64,000 nucleotides of DNA, taken from sequence record KX397373.1; one strand, written 5' to 3'. Positions within the stretch are counted from its first letter, which is position 1, and every line of letters begins with the position of its first letter. Below, one piece after another: positions 26,365 to 36,363 of this stretch. The notes below the pieces were generated by a model, which did no database searches, was not told the origin of the DNA, and was given only the letters and a program-made list of their open reading frames with translations. The position numbers and the translations under genes were made by a program.

Positions 26365-28128
26365 ATGGCAATGAAATTACTGAAACTCGCAATGTATCCG
26401 GTTCAAGAAGTACCGGAGCAGATTCGTCGTCGTGTTGGCTTTAACGCCAGCACGGGCGCACTGGATGACCTCGCTACTGCGGTAGCCGTAGGGGGCACCA
26501 AAGCAACTGGTTCATTACAGTACCAGCAGGCGTTGTCACAAATCGTCGGCTTTGACGATACGAAGGAAGGCTTTGAGCGCCCGTTCGTAAACGTCAGCGA
26601 TAACGATGACAACCCAATCCAATTCCAGTTCGGGTCTAACGACACGGGTGTGTATAACTTCGTCGCGATTATCGTGGCGCAGCCGTTGGCGGGTACCCGT
26701 TCGCAGGAAACGCAGTATGTGGTTTCTGGTTACACCTCACAGGCAGAGAAATCCCTGTTCGGTAAATTGCCAGATGACATGGTGCTGTACATTAACGACA
26801 TCTACGGTCTGCAATGTACGTACGACGGTGACGGTCTGGGTGGTCGTCGTATCAACCCAGATTCCTATCGCCTGGTCGATAACTACGTCCTGTCGAAGTC
26901 ACTGTCGCATATGGGCTACAGTGAAAACAGTGTGGATATCATCTCGGTGGCGAAATCCGCAGACATGGTGAAACGTATTGAACTGGCGTCGGACGAAGAG
27001 TTCATTCCAGATGCCAATACCATGTTGTCGCCGAATGCACAACATGCTCCACAGCTGCTGACCGGACAGTTAACCCGTCCAGAAGCGTTCGTCTCGGCCA
27101 TCTCTAATGCGTACCTGTCAACCGCAGGTATCGATACGGAGCTGGGCCAGGTCGACAGCTTCTTTGCCGGTAACACCAGTATCGGTATCGATTCAGAACT
27201 GAGCAACCTGGGTGTGGTACGTAACTTCAACAATTACGAACTCATCAAGGCCATGCGTTCTGCGCTGACCAATGCCACCTCCGATGTAACCGGTGGCTGG
27301 AAAGCAACCAACAAAGCCACCTTCCGTCTGGCCGATTTACGTGCGTGTATCTCGAACCCGCTGGATATGGATGTGTGGATTGGTGAATCGATCCGACTGG
27401 CTGAGCAACGTGGCCTGGGCCAAATCGAGCAGACTGATAGCTGGATTGGCTATAAAGACATGTCCACCCAGGGTTCACTCGTGGCGTATGACCTGGCAAT
27501 GATGCTGGGTGCAACCATGACGCGTAACCTGCTCGGCGAAGTGTCGTTCATGTTTGATAACCGTAACTCGGATATCCTGCAAGAACCAAAACTTCAGGTC
27601 TTCCCGCACAACGTGGGTTCTCTGACCGATGGCCCACTGCCAGATGTAATGGCTCGCCGCTTCCTGAACGACCTGCGTGCGGTGATGGTACAAGTTACCA
27701 AGCACAACCGCATCCGCTGTAAAATGGTGGTCACCTGCTTAGTCGGCACGGTATCTCGTATTGAGATTACTATCGATGGCGACTTAACCGAATGGTACAC
27801 CTTCGCATCGTTCATGCAGTTCCGTCTGCATAACGGTAACACAACCGATCTCACCTACGCCGGACGCCTGGCGAAGAATACCGCGCACCTGCTCAAGACC
27901 GTTGAAGAAGGTTTCAATGCGTACGAGCGTGACAACGGCATCAGCCGCATGAAGTCTAACCTACCAACCGGCTCTACAGGCGGTCTGGGTAGTGATTTAG
28001 GCGGACTGAATCCGAACGCGGTACTGGGCGACTCTTTAGGAGGCGGCCTGGGCGGTGGATTGGGTTCCGATAATCTCACCGGTGGACTCGGTGGTGGTTT
28101 GGGCGGTGGTAAGCGCGGCGGACTCTAA
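26365..28128 (+). CDS. picA: PicA/Imp1 nuclear-shell protein import factor (phiKZ gp69-like)
   Basis: 587 aa directly after the gp68-like gene; Gly-Leu-rich tail; call rests on synteny. Confidence 0.7.
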   Translation: MAMKLLKLAMYPVQEVPEQIRRRVGFNASTGALDDLATAVAVGGTKATGSLQYQQALSQIVGFDDTKEGFERPFVNVSDNDDNPIQFQFGSNDTGVYNFVAIIVAQPLAGTRSQETQYVVSGYTSQAEKSLFGKLPDDMVLYINDIYGLQCTYDGDGLGGRRINPDSYRLVDNYVLSKSLSHMGYSENSVDIISVAKSADMVKRIELASDEEFIPDANTMLSPNAQHAPQLLTGQLTRPEAFVSAISNAYLSTAGIDTELGQVDSFFAGNTSIGIDSELSNLGVVRNFNNYELIKAMRSALTNATSDVTGGWKATNKATFRLADLRACISNPLDMDVWIGESIRLAEQRGLGQIEQTDSWIGYKDMSTQGSLVAYDLAMMLGATMTRNLLGEVSFMFDNRNSDILQEPKLQVFPHNVGSLTDGPLPDVMARRFLNDLRAVMVQVTKHNRIRCKMVVTCLVGTVSRIEITIDGDLTEWYTFASFMQFRLHNGNTTDLTYAGRLAKNTAHLLKTVEEGFNAYERDNGISRMKSNLPTGSTGGLGSDLGGLNPNAVLGDSLGGGLGGGLGSDNLTGGLGGGLGGGKRGGL

Positions 28129-28146
28129 TTTAAGGATTATGCACCC

Positions 28147-29511
28147 ATGAAGATTATTGACTTTTATACCTCGTTCCTGAAATCACAAGGTTACGGGTTT
28201 GCAGCAGACTTACTGACGACCGATGACGGTCATCCGGCTGAGTTTACGTACAACAAAGTGAAGCGCCGTCTGGCGCTTCCTACCCCGGTCATGATTAAGA
28301 AAGGCATGGAAGACGACGATGGTCGTGAATGTCATGCTTTCCATCCGCTGTGCGAATCTGTACTGTCGGGCGAATCAGGCACCATCCGTTTCCTGAAGAA
28401 CAGCATTAAGACCCAGCTGTTCCTGCGCAACTTCGAACTGATTGATGCGATTCTCGAAACGGCAGCAGCAGGTAAGTCGGTACGTCTGGCGGGATACAAG
28501 AAATTCCTGAGCGATGTGATTTGCGAAGGGATGAAAGATCCGACCTTTGACGAGCGCCTGGTGAAATCCTGGGAAGCGGTGAAGGCGTACGTGTACGGCT
28601 TGTTGGAAAACGACAAGAAGTACAAAGTCACCAACATCTTCATTACCCCGTCAATGGAAATTGATGGCGTGAAGTTCATCCGTGTGGCTAACTATAAGCA
28701 CATGTTTGAAGAAGAGTCCCTGGACGGTACCGCAACGTACTTCGGTGCGAAGGTGCAGCGTAAACAGGATAAAGTTATTATCCACCGTTTACTCACCACC
28801 CTGTTTGGCTGGTATCCAGATGTCGTAGGGTCAAATGACTCTCGTCCGTACTTTGGTTGTCTGGCGCGTGGTTGGGCACAGTACGTGGTCAATTATAACC
28901 AGATTGTCAAAGGTCTGCGTGACCATACCCATCTGAAGCCACTGGAAGATGAGTGGATTGCTCAGCTGGATAACATGGAAGTGTACGACAACGTGATTCA
29001 GACGTTACCGTACAATACTGGCCCACGTTCTGATACACCTGAAAAGGATACCAGTGCGCACGATTTCCGTTTAGATCGCCAACCACCGGGACAACAGATC
29101 CCGATGAAGAAAGCGTCTGATGTGGCACCGGCCGAAGCAATGGATGACGATGACCCGGTTGCCTTCTTCCGTAAACGTGCGGCGGTAAACTCGACGTCGA
29201 ACCCAATGAAGAACCTCTCTCCGGCCTTGCAGCGCATGTACGAAGAGAAAGGTAACATTGACCTGAACAAGCCCGAAGTGGCGCGTGTGTCGTTGGTTGA
29301 TGCTTTTGGTGGTAAGAAAGAAGAGAAAGGTCTGAGTCTGCTGGGTAGTGGTGGTGGACTTGGCGGGGGTGGATTAGGCAGCAGTGGCGGCCTGGGTTCA
29401 CTGGACAGCGCACTCGGAGGCGGCGGCTTAGGCGGCGGTGGTCTGGGTGGAGGCTTAGGTGGTGGGTTGGGCGGAAGCGGTGCTTTCAGCTCAGCGTTCA
29501 GCCGGGCATAA
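28147..29511 (+). CDS. conserved core protein (phiKZ gp70-like) with Gly-Leu tail
   Basis: 454 aa between PicA and nvRNAP beta. Confidence 0.7.
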   Translation: MKIIDFYTSFLKSQGYGFAADLLTTDDGHPAEFTYNKVKRRLALPTPVMIKKGMEDDDGRECHAFHPLCESVLSGESGTIRFLKNSIKTQLFLRNFELIDAILETAAAGKSVRLAGYKKFLSDVICEGMKDPTFDERLVKSWEAVKAYVYGLLENDKKYKVTNIFITPSMEIDGVKFIRVANYKHMFEEESLDGTATYFGAKVQRKQDKVIIHRLLTTLFGWYPDVVGSNDSRPYFGCLARGWAQYVVNYNQIVKGLRDHTHLKPLEDEWIAQLDNMEVYDNVIQTLPYNTGPRSDTPEKDTSAHDFRLDRQPPGQQIPMKKASDVAPAEAMDDDDPVAFFRKRAAVNSTSNPMKNLSPALQRMYEEKGNIDLNKPEVARVSLVDAFGGKKEEKGLSLLGSGGGLGGGGLGSSGGLGSLDSALGGGGLGGGGLGGGLGGGLGGSGAFSSAFSRA

Positions 29512-29548
29512 AAGAAGGAAGAAGGGACTGGGCGTCCCTTCTTTTTTT
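29512..29548. terminator. bidirectional terminator
   Basis: AAGAAGGGAC-TGGGC-GTCCCTTCTT with T and A tracts, between convergent genes. Confidence 0.75.
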
Positions 29549-29873
29549 AGTCTTCGATAACGGTCGAGAGTATGTCATTGACGACGCTGACATCCGGAAC
29601 AAGCAGTTCGGTAATGGCAGGGGTGAAATTCATCGGGTCTTCTAACCCGTTGAGCAACATCATTGGGAAGACGATTGACGCATCGTAATCTTTGAGTCGG
29701 CAATAGGCATAGAAGTTGTGAATCTCTGGCCAGCTGTATCTCGGGTCAACAATCTCGGTTTTGGTCTTGGGGTGTTTACGCAAGAAGTCGGTGTAGTCGT
29801 GTAACACCTTCCAGGTTCTGGAACTGGGCGAAGGTATCACCTCGGTTAGGGTAGCAAAACTATCGAGCATCAC
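29547..29873 (-). CDS. small conserved protein, possibly LysM/TailX-like baseplate component
   Basis: AGGAG RBS; pattern IVFPMMLLNGLEDPMNF.P.I.EL.VP. Confidence 0.55.
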   Translation of the reverse strand: MMLDSFATLTEVIPSPSSRTWKVLHDYTDFLRKHPKTKTEIVDPRYSWPEIHNFYAYCRLKDYDASIVFPMMLLNGLEDPMNFTPAITELLVPDVSVVNDILSTVIED

Positions 29874-29896
29874 GCTTCTCCTAAAATATAATAGAT

Positions 29897-29913
29897 AGAT
29901 ATTATCCTACTGA
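29897..29913 (+). promoter_or_regulatory. promoter-like motif
   Basis: AGATATTATC-CTA-CTGA, upstream of nvRNAP beta. Confidence 0.55.
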
Positions 29914-29938
29914 GGTAACCATAAGGAGCATTTAGCGT

Positions 29939-32179
29939 ATGAAGACACCAGTCGAACTCATGAGTAGTGTGGCTGACCGCGAAGCGGGCATTTCAATGGT
30001 ATCGGGTGCGCGTGCATCCATGGTCGGTGGACATATGAAGTCCGCTGTGCCGGTAGACCATCCGCAGCCGTCCCCACACTTCACGGGGGCAGACGTGAAC
30101 TACCACGACTTCGCCTTCAACGATATTGTTGAAGACAGCGGAACAACGTGTAGTTACATTACGAAAGACGGGCGTCAGCGACGTGCAACGTTTGCACGTT
30201 ACGGTCGGCAAGGCGACTCTAAGGCATTGGAGTATGCCATCTTCTTTAAACGGGCTGAGCAAACAGTACAGAAGAAGACGATGATTGATGTGTTGGAGAT
30301 TAACTTCTACACCAACCACGATAACGTCTTCTCCTCAGAAAAGCGCGAAACGAATAAGTTGCGTTCGCTCTTGAACGGCGAAACCGAGCAGTTAGAAAAA
30401 GACGAAATCCTGACGACGTTCAACGCACTGAAAGACGGTGAGTTTGTCGATGGGGTAAGTCTGTCCACGGTGACGATGTCGCACCCTGACATCATTGAAG
30501 ATGCGTACACCATCTCCAAAACCGCGGCATCGGTCATGCACGCATTCGGGTTGAAGACTATTGACTTCTCCTTGCGTGATGATGAGTTCCTGTTAGATGC
30601 GTATGGCTTTACCGATTTCAATGGGGTGCGCATTCCGCGCTATATGCCGTTGGTGGGTGATGCTGTGCGTGATGATGGTCTGGTGATTGCAGCCCGTCGT
30701 TTTGATAAGCTGTACGCGGCAATTGATACCACACTCGGGGAAACGCAACACATTTCCCCACACATGGATCGTTGTGAATACGTGGATGCCGATCCCGAAC
30801 ATTATCAGGCCAATTTAGATAATGACCTCGAGAAGATGGAACGGACAGGCTCGCGGGTGGTGGATATTCAGGTGTGGCGTGACGAAACCAGTTGCAGCCA
30901 TGGCACCAACAATATCAACTGTACCGAAGAGAACAAACGCGAACTGGATAAGTACGCGATGGCACTGAAAGAGTATTACCGTGGCATCGTGCGCTTCTAC
31001 TTCGCTATGTCTCAGGACAAGAGCATTGTCTGGTCGCCAAAAGCCTGTGTGTTGCTGGATAAAGCCTTCGCTTCGGAAACCTACGAAGTGTATTCTGAGT
31101 TCCGTGATGAAATCAAGCAGGTGATTGACGAAGCTATCCGTCGTGGCGAGTACGGTAAAGACGGCGTGTCGCAGCAGATTATCTCCAAGCTGACCTCTCC
31201 GGTACAGCGCAGTCTGCGTGACCCTATCAATACCTATACCATCAAAATCGTGGTAAGCTATCCGATCCCGGTGACGGTGTCATCGAAAATCACTGACCGT
31301 TCAGGTACCAAAGGTATCGTGGGTCGGGTGCTGGATGATGAAGACATGCCGATTAACGAGTTCGGTGAGCGTGTGCATGTTATCCGTTCCATGAACGCCG
31401 TGGTACGTCGTTCGACCTACGCTGCGTTGTTCCACATGTATTGGTCGGCGGCGTCTGAGCAACTTAAGCTGCGGATGAAGCCTGAACTGGATGCAGGTAA
31501 CATCAATGGGGCCTGGGCAGTCATGATGGACTATCTGATGCGTTATAATCCCGATTGGGTTAACGCATTGAATGCCACGCATGACACAGATGAGCTGAAA
31601 CAGAAACTCTTCGCAGAGATTTATGATTTCACCATCCGTATCTGGATGCCGCATGAGCTGGATGATTTGCCGGTGGACATCTCTGAACGTCTGGGCGAGT
31701 TCAAACCGAAGAAGTCGAAACTTCTGATTACCAATTACGACGGTAAGAAAGAGTGGACGAAGAACGAGTTCTACGTGGGCTTAGTGGAAACGTTGCGTCT
31801 GGATAAAACCGGTCGTGAGTTCTCCAGTATCTCTTCGATGTACCTGAACTTCATGGGGACTATCGATGCCTCTAATCAGGGCCGTGGCTCGTATCCGATT
31901 AACCTGAAAGGCTTGAAGTGGGGCGGGCCATCTGAGCACCGCTTACTCGAAGGCTTTGGTCCAGGCAACTATGACGAAGCGCATAACCGTGCTAATGACC
32001 CGGCGGTTCACCGTGCTATCGTTACTGGGCTGTATAACTCTCCAACTCCAACTAACCCTGGTTACTTGGTGGATCGTAAGAAACTGCCAATGGGGGATTC
32101 GCAAGTGGATAGAATGATTCGTAACATTCACCGCGCCGAAGGGTTTGAGTTAATCCGTCCAGTACGGGAGGAGAAATAA
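29939..32179 (+). CDS. non-virion RNA polymerase beta C-terminal subunit (phiKZ gp71-73-like)
   Basis: EDAY and SSKITDRSGTKGIVGRV...DMP beta motifs; uninterrupted reading frame. Confidence 0.9.
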   Translation: MKTPVELMSSVADREAGISMVSGARASMVGGHMKSAVPVDHPQPSPHFTGADVNYHDFAFNDIVEDSGTTCSYITKDGRQRRATFARYGRQGDSKALEYAIFFKRAEQTVQKKTMIDVLEINFYTNHDNVFSSEKRETNKLRSLLNGETEQLEKDEILTTFNALKDGEFVDGVSLSTVTMSHPDIIEDAYTISKTAASVMHAFGLKTIDFSLRDDEFLLDAYGFTDFNGVRIPRYMPLVGDAVRDDGLVIAARRFDKLYAAIDTTLGETQHISPHMDRCEYVDADPEHYQANLDNDLEKMERTGSRVVDIQVWRDETSCSHGTNNINCTEENKRELDKYAMALKEYYRGIVRFYFAMSQDKSIVWSPKACVLLDKAFASETYEVYSEFRDEIKQVIDEAIRRGEYGKDGVSQQIISKLTSPVQRSLRDPINTYTIKIVVSYPIPVTVSSKITDRSGTKGIVGRVLDDEDMPINEFGERVHVIRSMNAVVRRSTYAALFHMYWSAASEQLKLRMKPELDAGNINGAWAVMMDYLMRYNPDWVNALNATHDTDELKQKLFAEIYDFTIRIWMPHELDDLPVDISERLGEFKPKKSKLLITNYDGKKEWTKNEFYVGLVETLRLDKTGREFSSISSMYLNFMGTIDASNQGRGSYPINLKGLKWGGPSEHRLLEGFGPGNYDEAHNRANDPAVHRAIVTGLYNSPTPTNPGYLVDRKKLPMGDSQVDRMIRNIHRAEGFELIRPVREEK

Positions 32180-34284
32180 TGCAGGGTCGTCACGTTCACG
32201 TTCGACAACTACGGGCACTGAATTCTGATCAAGTGTGGAAGCTTCGCGGGCGGTATTACGTGGAGTTTGATGACGGGAAGAAACTGGAGATGGCCTCTCG
32301 ACACATCAAGTTGAGTTGGCCGTACTGGGGTATCTCGCGGTTCTATCCGCAGGTACCAACTCCGTCGACGTTAGCCTACCGTCAGGATGAAGTGGCCACG
32401 GATGACCGCCACATTGACTTTATGTCTGAGGCGAGTGTGCTGGCGCGTAAGGCGGGTATCGATCTCGCCGATACGCGTTATATCCTGAGCCAACATGTGT
32501 ACGCTGATGCGTTCAACATGACGGTAAAGAACCTGCTTGCATACTGTACCACCATCGACTATGACACGATGATGGAAATCTATAACCACGAGAACTTCGA
32601 GATTATCCGTGGGTGGGCCAAAGCCTATCCAACCGGGTATGACGAGGAAGGCGTGGATATGGTGGAGGAAGCGTATAAGCTTATCGAGAAAATCTTCCAG
32701 GACCCGGCACTGAAATACAATCCGGTGGTGATGTCGGTACTCGACAAAACCATCAAGATGAACCAGGTGCTCCAGGCATTCGTGCGTGGTAAAACGTCCG
32801 AGATTGACTCCCGCGTTTACTCCAATCAGGTGTGGGAAGGTTTCTTCACCGGGATGCATTCGGTCATCAGTCGACTGAAAGAGTCTGGCGCAACCTCGCG
32901 TTCGCATCTGTACAACACAGATAAGATTGCCGAAGCAGAGTACGCCTCGCGTAAATTGCAGCTGGCCGCGAACGTGCTGATGTATTTCAGCTACGAGGAC
33001 TGTGGGACGGAGCATGTTCATCATCACACCTTCCAGGACGTGACGATTGACATCAAAGCCCACAAGGCGATGAAAGGGATGCGTTATCGCTTTGACGGCG
33101 AGACGGGCCCATGGCGTCGCTTTGAAGAAGACGAGTTCGATCAGGTTGTCGGTAAACCTATCGTCTTCCGCAGTGCTATGACCTGTAAGAAGATGGCCGA
33201 TCAGGGCATCTGTGCGATCTGTATGGGTGATTTGATTTACAACCTGTCTGAAGGCACATCACCAGGTCATCTGGCCTCCACCTCCATCTCGGAGAAAGGT
33301 ACCCAGGGGATTCTGTCCACCAAACACCTTGACTTCCTGCGTTATCTGCTCAACCTCGTGTTGACACCGCGCATGAAAGATTATCTGGTTGAGCACAAGC
33401 ACAACTCCGTCAAAGGACTGTGCCTGCGGCCGAAGCCACAGTTTGGCGTGTGGGAAGAGTACGAACTCGTGGTGTCGGATAAGGTGTATTCCGAACTGAG
33501 CCAGATTGCGTACCATGAACACCTGGACGACATTGATGAAACAGCATTACCGGAAATCACCGACCTGACATTCTACCGTCGGGATGCGGATGGTCAGGTA
33601 CTGTCTGAGGATTCAGTGGATGTGCGCATGGGAGTCTGTGGAAACTTCTCCAAAGCCTTCCTGCACTTCTTCTTGAAGCAGCGTGTTGACCTGCGCTTCC
33701 CAACCAAGAAAACGGTACACATCCCGTTGAAAGGCTGGGGCCAGAAACAGCCACTGCTCATCTACACCAATCGTTCGGAATCAATGGCAGAGTTTGTTGC
33801 CGGTCTTGAGACCAAGCTGCGTTCCGTTGCTGCGGATAAGAACGATGAAGTCGTGGAGATTATCAACGCCAACACGACGATGAAGATGAACAAGAAGCAG
33901 GGCCGTGTGAAACCGATTACCCTAGTGGAAATGGGTGGGGCCACGGAGAAACAGTGTACTTATGCACTGTTCGATACGTTCAAGTACATCCAACGCAAGC
34001 TGGGTGGTATCCCGATGACGCATATTGCGATAATGCTTGCTATATCGCGTGTGGAATCCCCAACGAACTCGTTCCCGGCAGTCGGCTTTGATAGTGAAGA
34101 AGCCACCACCGTTTCCGGTAAACGTTTCGTTGACCACAATACGCTCATCGCGATTCGCTCAGCAGGCCCGATGTTGTTGTTCGAAGGTCAGCAGAATAAC
34201 CTCGATAATGTCGGGTTCTATACAGATCACCACATTCCAGCCTCGTTGTACGATGGCGCATTAGGTGCCGTGGTGGTGCATTAA
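32179..34284 (+). CDS. non-virion RNA polymerase beta-prime C-terminal subunit (phiKZ gp74-like)
   Basis: EDCGT, RSAMTC...ICAICMG and trigger-loop-like SEKGTQGILSTKH. Confidence 0.9.
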   Translation: MQGRHVHVRQLRALNSDQVWKLRGRYYVEFDDGKKLEMASRHIKLSWPYWGISRFYPQVPTPSTLAYRQDEVATDDRHIDFMSEASVLARKAGIDLADTRYILSQHVYADAFNMTVKNLLAYCTTIDYDTMMEIYNHENFEIIRGWAKAYPTGYDEEGVDMVEEAYKLIEKIFQDPALKYNPVVMSVLDKTIKMNQVLQAFVRGKTSEIDSRVYSNQVWEGFFTGMHSVISRLKESGATSRSHLYNTDKIAEAEYASRKLQLAANVLMYFSYEDCGTEHVHHHTFQDVTIDIKAHKAMKGMRYRFDGETGPWRRFEEDEFDQVVGKPIVFRSAMTCKKMADQGICAICMGDLIYNLSEGTSPGHLASTSISEKGTQGILSTKHLDFLRYLLNLVLTPRMKDYLVEHKHNSVKGLCLRPKPQFGVWEEYELVVSDKVYSELSQIAYHEHLDDIDETALPEITDLTFYRRDADGQVLSEDSVDVRMGVCGNFSKAFLHFFLKQRVDLRFPTKKTVHIPLKGWGQKQPLLIYTNRSESMAEFVAGLETKLRSVAADKNDEVVEIINANTTMKMNKKQGRVKPITLVEMGGATEKQCTYALFDTFKYIQRKLGGIPMTHIAIMLAISRVESPTNSFPAVGFDSEEATTVSGKRFVDHNTLIAIRSAGPMLLFEGQQNNLDNVGFYTDHHIPASLYDGALGAVVVH

Positions 34285-34286
34285 GT

Positions 34287-34312
34287 AGAGGGGCCATGTG
34301 CCCCTCTTTTTT
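34287..34312 (+). terminator. intrinsic terminator
   Basis: AGAGGGG-CCATGTG-CCCCTCT followed by a T run. Confidence 0.75.
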
Positions 34313-34326
34313 TGTAGAGGGGTAGC

Positions 34327-36033
34327 ATGGTCGAGATTCACATGACTTACACGAGTATGGGGGTCAGGGTAGAAGTCCCCAACCGACAGATGGAGTCGGC
34401 TATACTCGCGTGGGCCGAAGAGAATATGCACGCCCCCAAGATGGGCAAGCAACAAGGACGTATCACTACCGAAAGGGGGGATGCGTTTTATGTACACATT
34501 CCTTCCCTGCGCACATTTATCTTTCACCGTATGTTTGCTGACCGTATTCAGGCGCTGATCCAACGGGCGTCTTTAGAATACGGTGTTCGTTACAACCTGT
34601 ATCAGCATCAGGTTGACCGTAGCGAGCCGTATCGTTGCACGTTTGACAATCCCGGCTTTGCCATGATGGAAACAGACGAGTCTTCTCGTTTCTTCTACCA
34701 GAACGAAGTTGTGGATGCTGCTTGTCAGCCAGATCGCCAACAAACCATCTTTGCCATTCAGACTGGTCGCGGAAAAACCAAAACCTGTATGAAAGTCATG
34801 GTAAAGAAAGGGGTACGCACACTGCTGATTCACCGACCCACGTATGTGTCCAAGTGGCTGTTTGACACCACAGAAGACCCTACAGGGCTGCGTGAAGATA
34901 AGGAAGGGGTATGGGTGGTGACGGGCGTACAGGCCGTCTACGAGGTGCTGGAGATGGGAGAAAACGGGGAACTCGACCGCCGGGGGATTAAGATTATTAT
35001 TATCCCGACTGTGACCCTGCAACGCTTCCTGAAAGAGTACATCAACACCGCGGCAACTAACCCCGTGAACCTTGACCGGTTCTACGACACGTTGGGCGTC
35101 GGTCTGTTGGCCATGGATGAAGTGCATGAGCATTTCCATCTGGTTTATCAGGCAGGGATTATGTTGAATCCCCCACCGAGTGTGGAGATGTCAGCCACAC
35201 TGAAACCGGGTGCCAGCAAAGCGTTTATTGCTGAGCGGTATCTGGAACGTTTCCCGCCGGATTTGCGTATCTCGATCCCGGTCATTCCCGTGGTGCATAT
35301 CCGTGCACTGTATTACGCCATTGAAGATCGTAAGTTTGCGTTCTGGGCCGGGAAGATGACCCCGTACAACCACAAACTGTTCGAAGGGAAACTCATTAAA
35401 GAGAATCTCCACATCAGTTATGCGGAAATGTACTGGGACATGATAGAGAAAACCTACCTGAAAGAGTATCAGGTGGGGCAGAAAATCTTGTGTATCTTTG
35501 CGACAGTGGCGATGTGCGAATTCTTTACAGAGTTTGTGAAGGACAAGCTTGCACAATCAGAGCAGTTCCATGCACTGATGGTGTCGAAGTTTAATGCGGG
35601 CGATTCGTATGACGACTTCATCTTAGCAGACATCTCTATCTCCACACCGGGGAAAGCAGGTACTGCGGTTGATAAGCCGGGGTTGGTACACATGTACATC
35701 TCGACCCCGGTTGAAGACCAACAGCTCAACGAGCAGATGGCCGGTCGTCCACGTAAAATCATGCACAAGGATTGGGGCGAAATCGATCCGAAGGTGTGGT
35801 TGTTCCATTCGCACAACATACCGAAGCATTGCAACTATCTGAACTCGCGCCAGAAGTCACTGACCGATGTCGTGTTGTCCTTTAAGATTGCAACGTCTCC
35901 GTACGTCGTAAGGAAATCCAATGCTCACTCCGCCGCTTCCGCCCGCGCCAATGCCGCCTTATGTCGGGCTGACCTTAGCAAGTTTACTCGAAACCGCTTT
36001 AAAAGCGTATCCCGGCGTAGAAGACGTCGCTAA
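34327..36033 (+). CDS. SF2 helicase (phiKZ gp75-like)
   Basis: Walker A QTGRGKT, DEVH, SAT and QMAGRPR. Confidence 0.9.
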   Translation: MVEIHMTYTSMGVRVEVPNRQMESAILAWAEENMHAPKMGKQQGRITTERGDAFYVHIPSLRTFIFHRMFADRIQALIQRASLEYGVRYNLYQHQVDRSEPYRCTFDNPGFAMMETDESSRFFYQNEVVDAACQPDRQQTIFAIQTGRGKTKTCMKVMVKKGVRTLLIHRPTYVSKWLFDTTEDPTGLREDKEGVWVVTGVQAVYEVLEMGENGELDRRGIKIIIIPTVTLQRFLKEYINTAATNPVNLDRFYDTLGVGLLAMDEVHEHFHLVYQAGIMLNPPPSVEMSATLKPGASKAFIAERYLERFPPDLRISIPVIPVVHIRALYYAIEDRKFAFWAGKMTPYNHKLFEGKLIKENLHISYAEMYWDMIEKTYLKEYQVGQKILCIFATVAMCEFFTEFVKDKLAQSEQFHALMVSKFNAGDSYDDFILADISISTPGKAGTAVDKPGLVHMYISTPVEDQQLNEQMAGRPRKIMHKDWGEIDPKVWLFHSHNIPKHCNYLNSRQKSLTDVVLSFKIATSPYVVRKSNAHSAASARANAALCRADLSKFTRNRFKSVSRRRRRR

Positions 36034-36304
36034 GGCGCTTTGTACTGACCCTGTGTTGTCGCCTGCCTTCCATTACTACATGGTGGATGAGCACTTCGCA
36101 GGGATAATGATTCTCCAACGGGGTCTCACCTACTACGTTACGCGTAACTCCAGCATCCGTACGACAGCGTCGTACGAGCAGTACAGTTATGTGTTGTGGA
36201 ATGAGAACCCCGCGGGGAACGTTGACCAAAACCCGAAGATGGCATACCGGCTGTTCTCGGAAAAATGGCACGATTGGGTCACTGTACCGCACAATGCCAG
36301 TTAA
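35921..36304 (+). CDS. hypothetical protein overlapping the helicase 3' end
   Basis: AAGGA RBS before ATG at 35921; 113-nt overlap. Confidence 0.6.
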   Translation: MLTPPLPPAPMPPYVGLTLASLLETALKAYPGVEDVAKALCTDPVLSPAFHYYMVDEHFAGIMILQRGLTYYVTRNSSIRTTASYEQYSYVLWNENPAGNVDQNPKMAYRLFSEKWHDWVTVPHNAS

Positions 36305-36363
36305 TAACGTGTCGGGTGTATAATGTGTATACACCCAACCCTTTCCCAATAAGGAATATTTCG

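Noticed and set aside
28030-29480. GGCGGT-type DNA repeats as a non-coding repeat element
   Set aside because: They are in-frame Gly-Leu codons with synonymous variation, so they are treated as a protein feature.
18547-34284. Introns, inteins or homing endonucleases in the RNAP genes
   Set aside because: Reading frames are continuous, with no intein termini, HNH or LAGLIDADG motifs seen.
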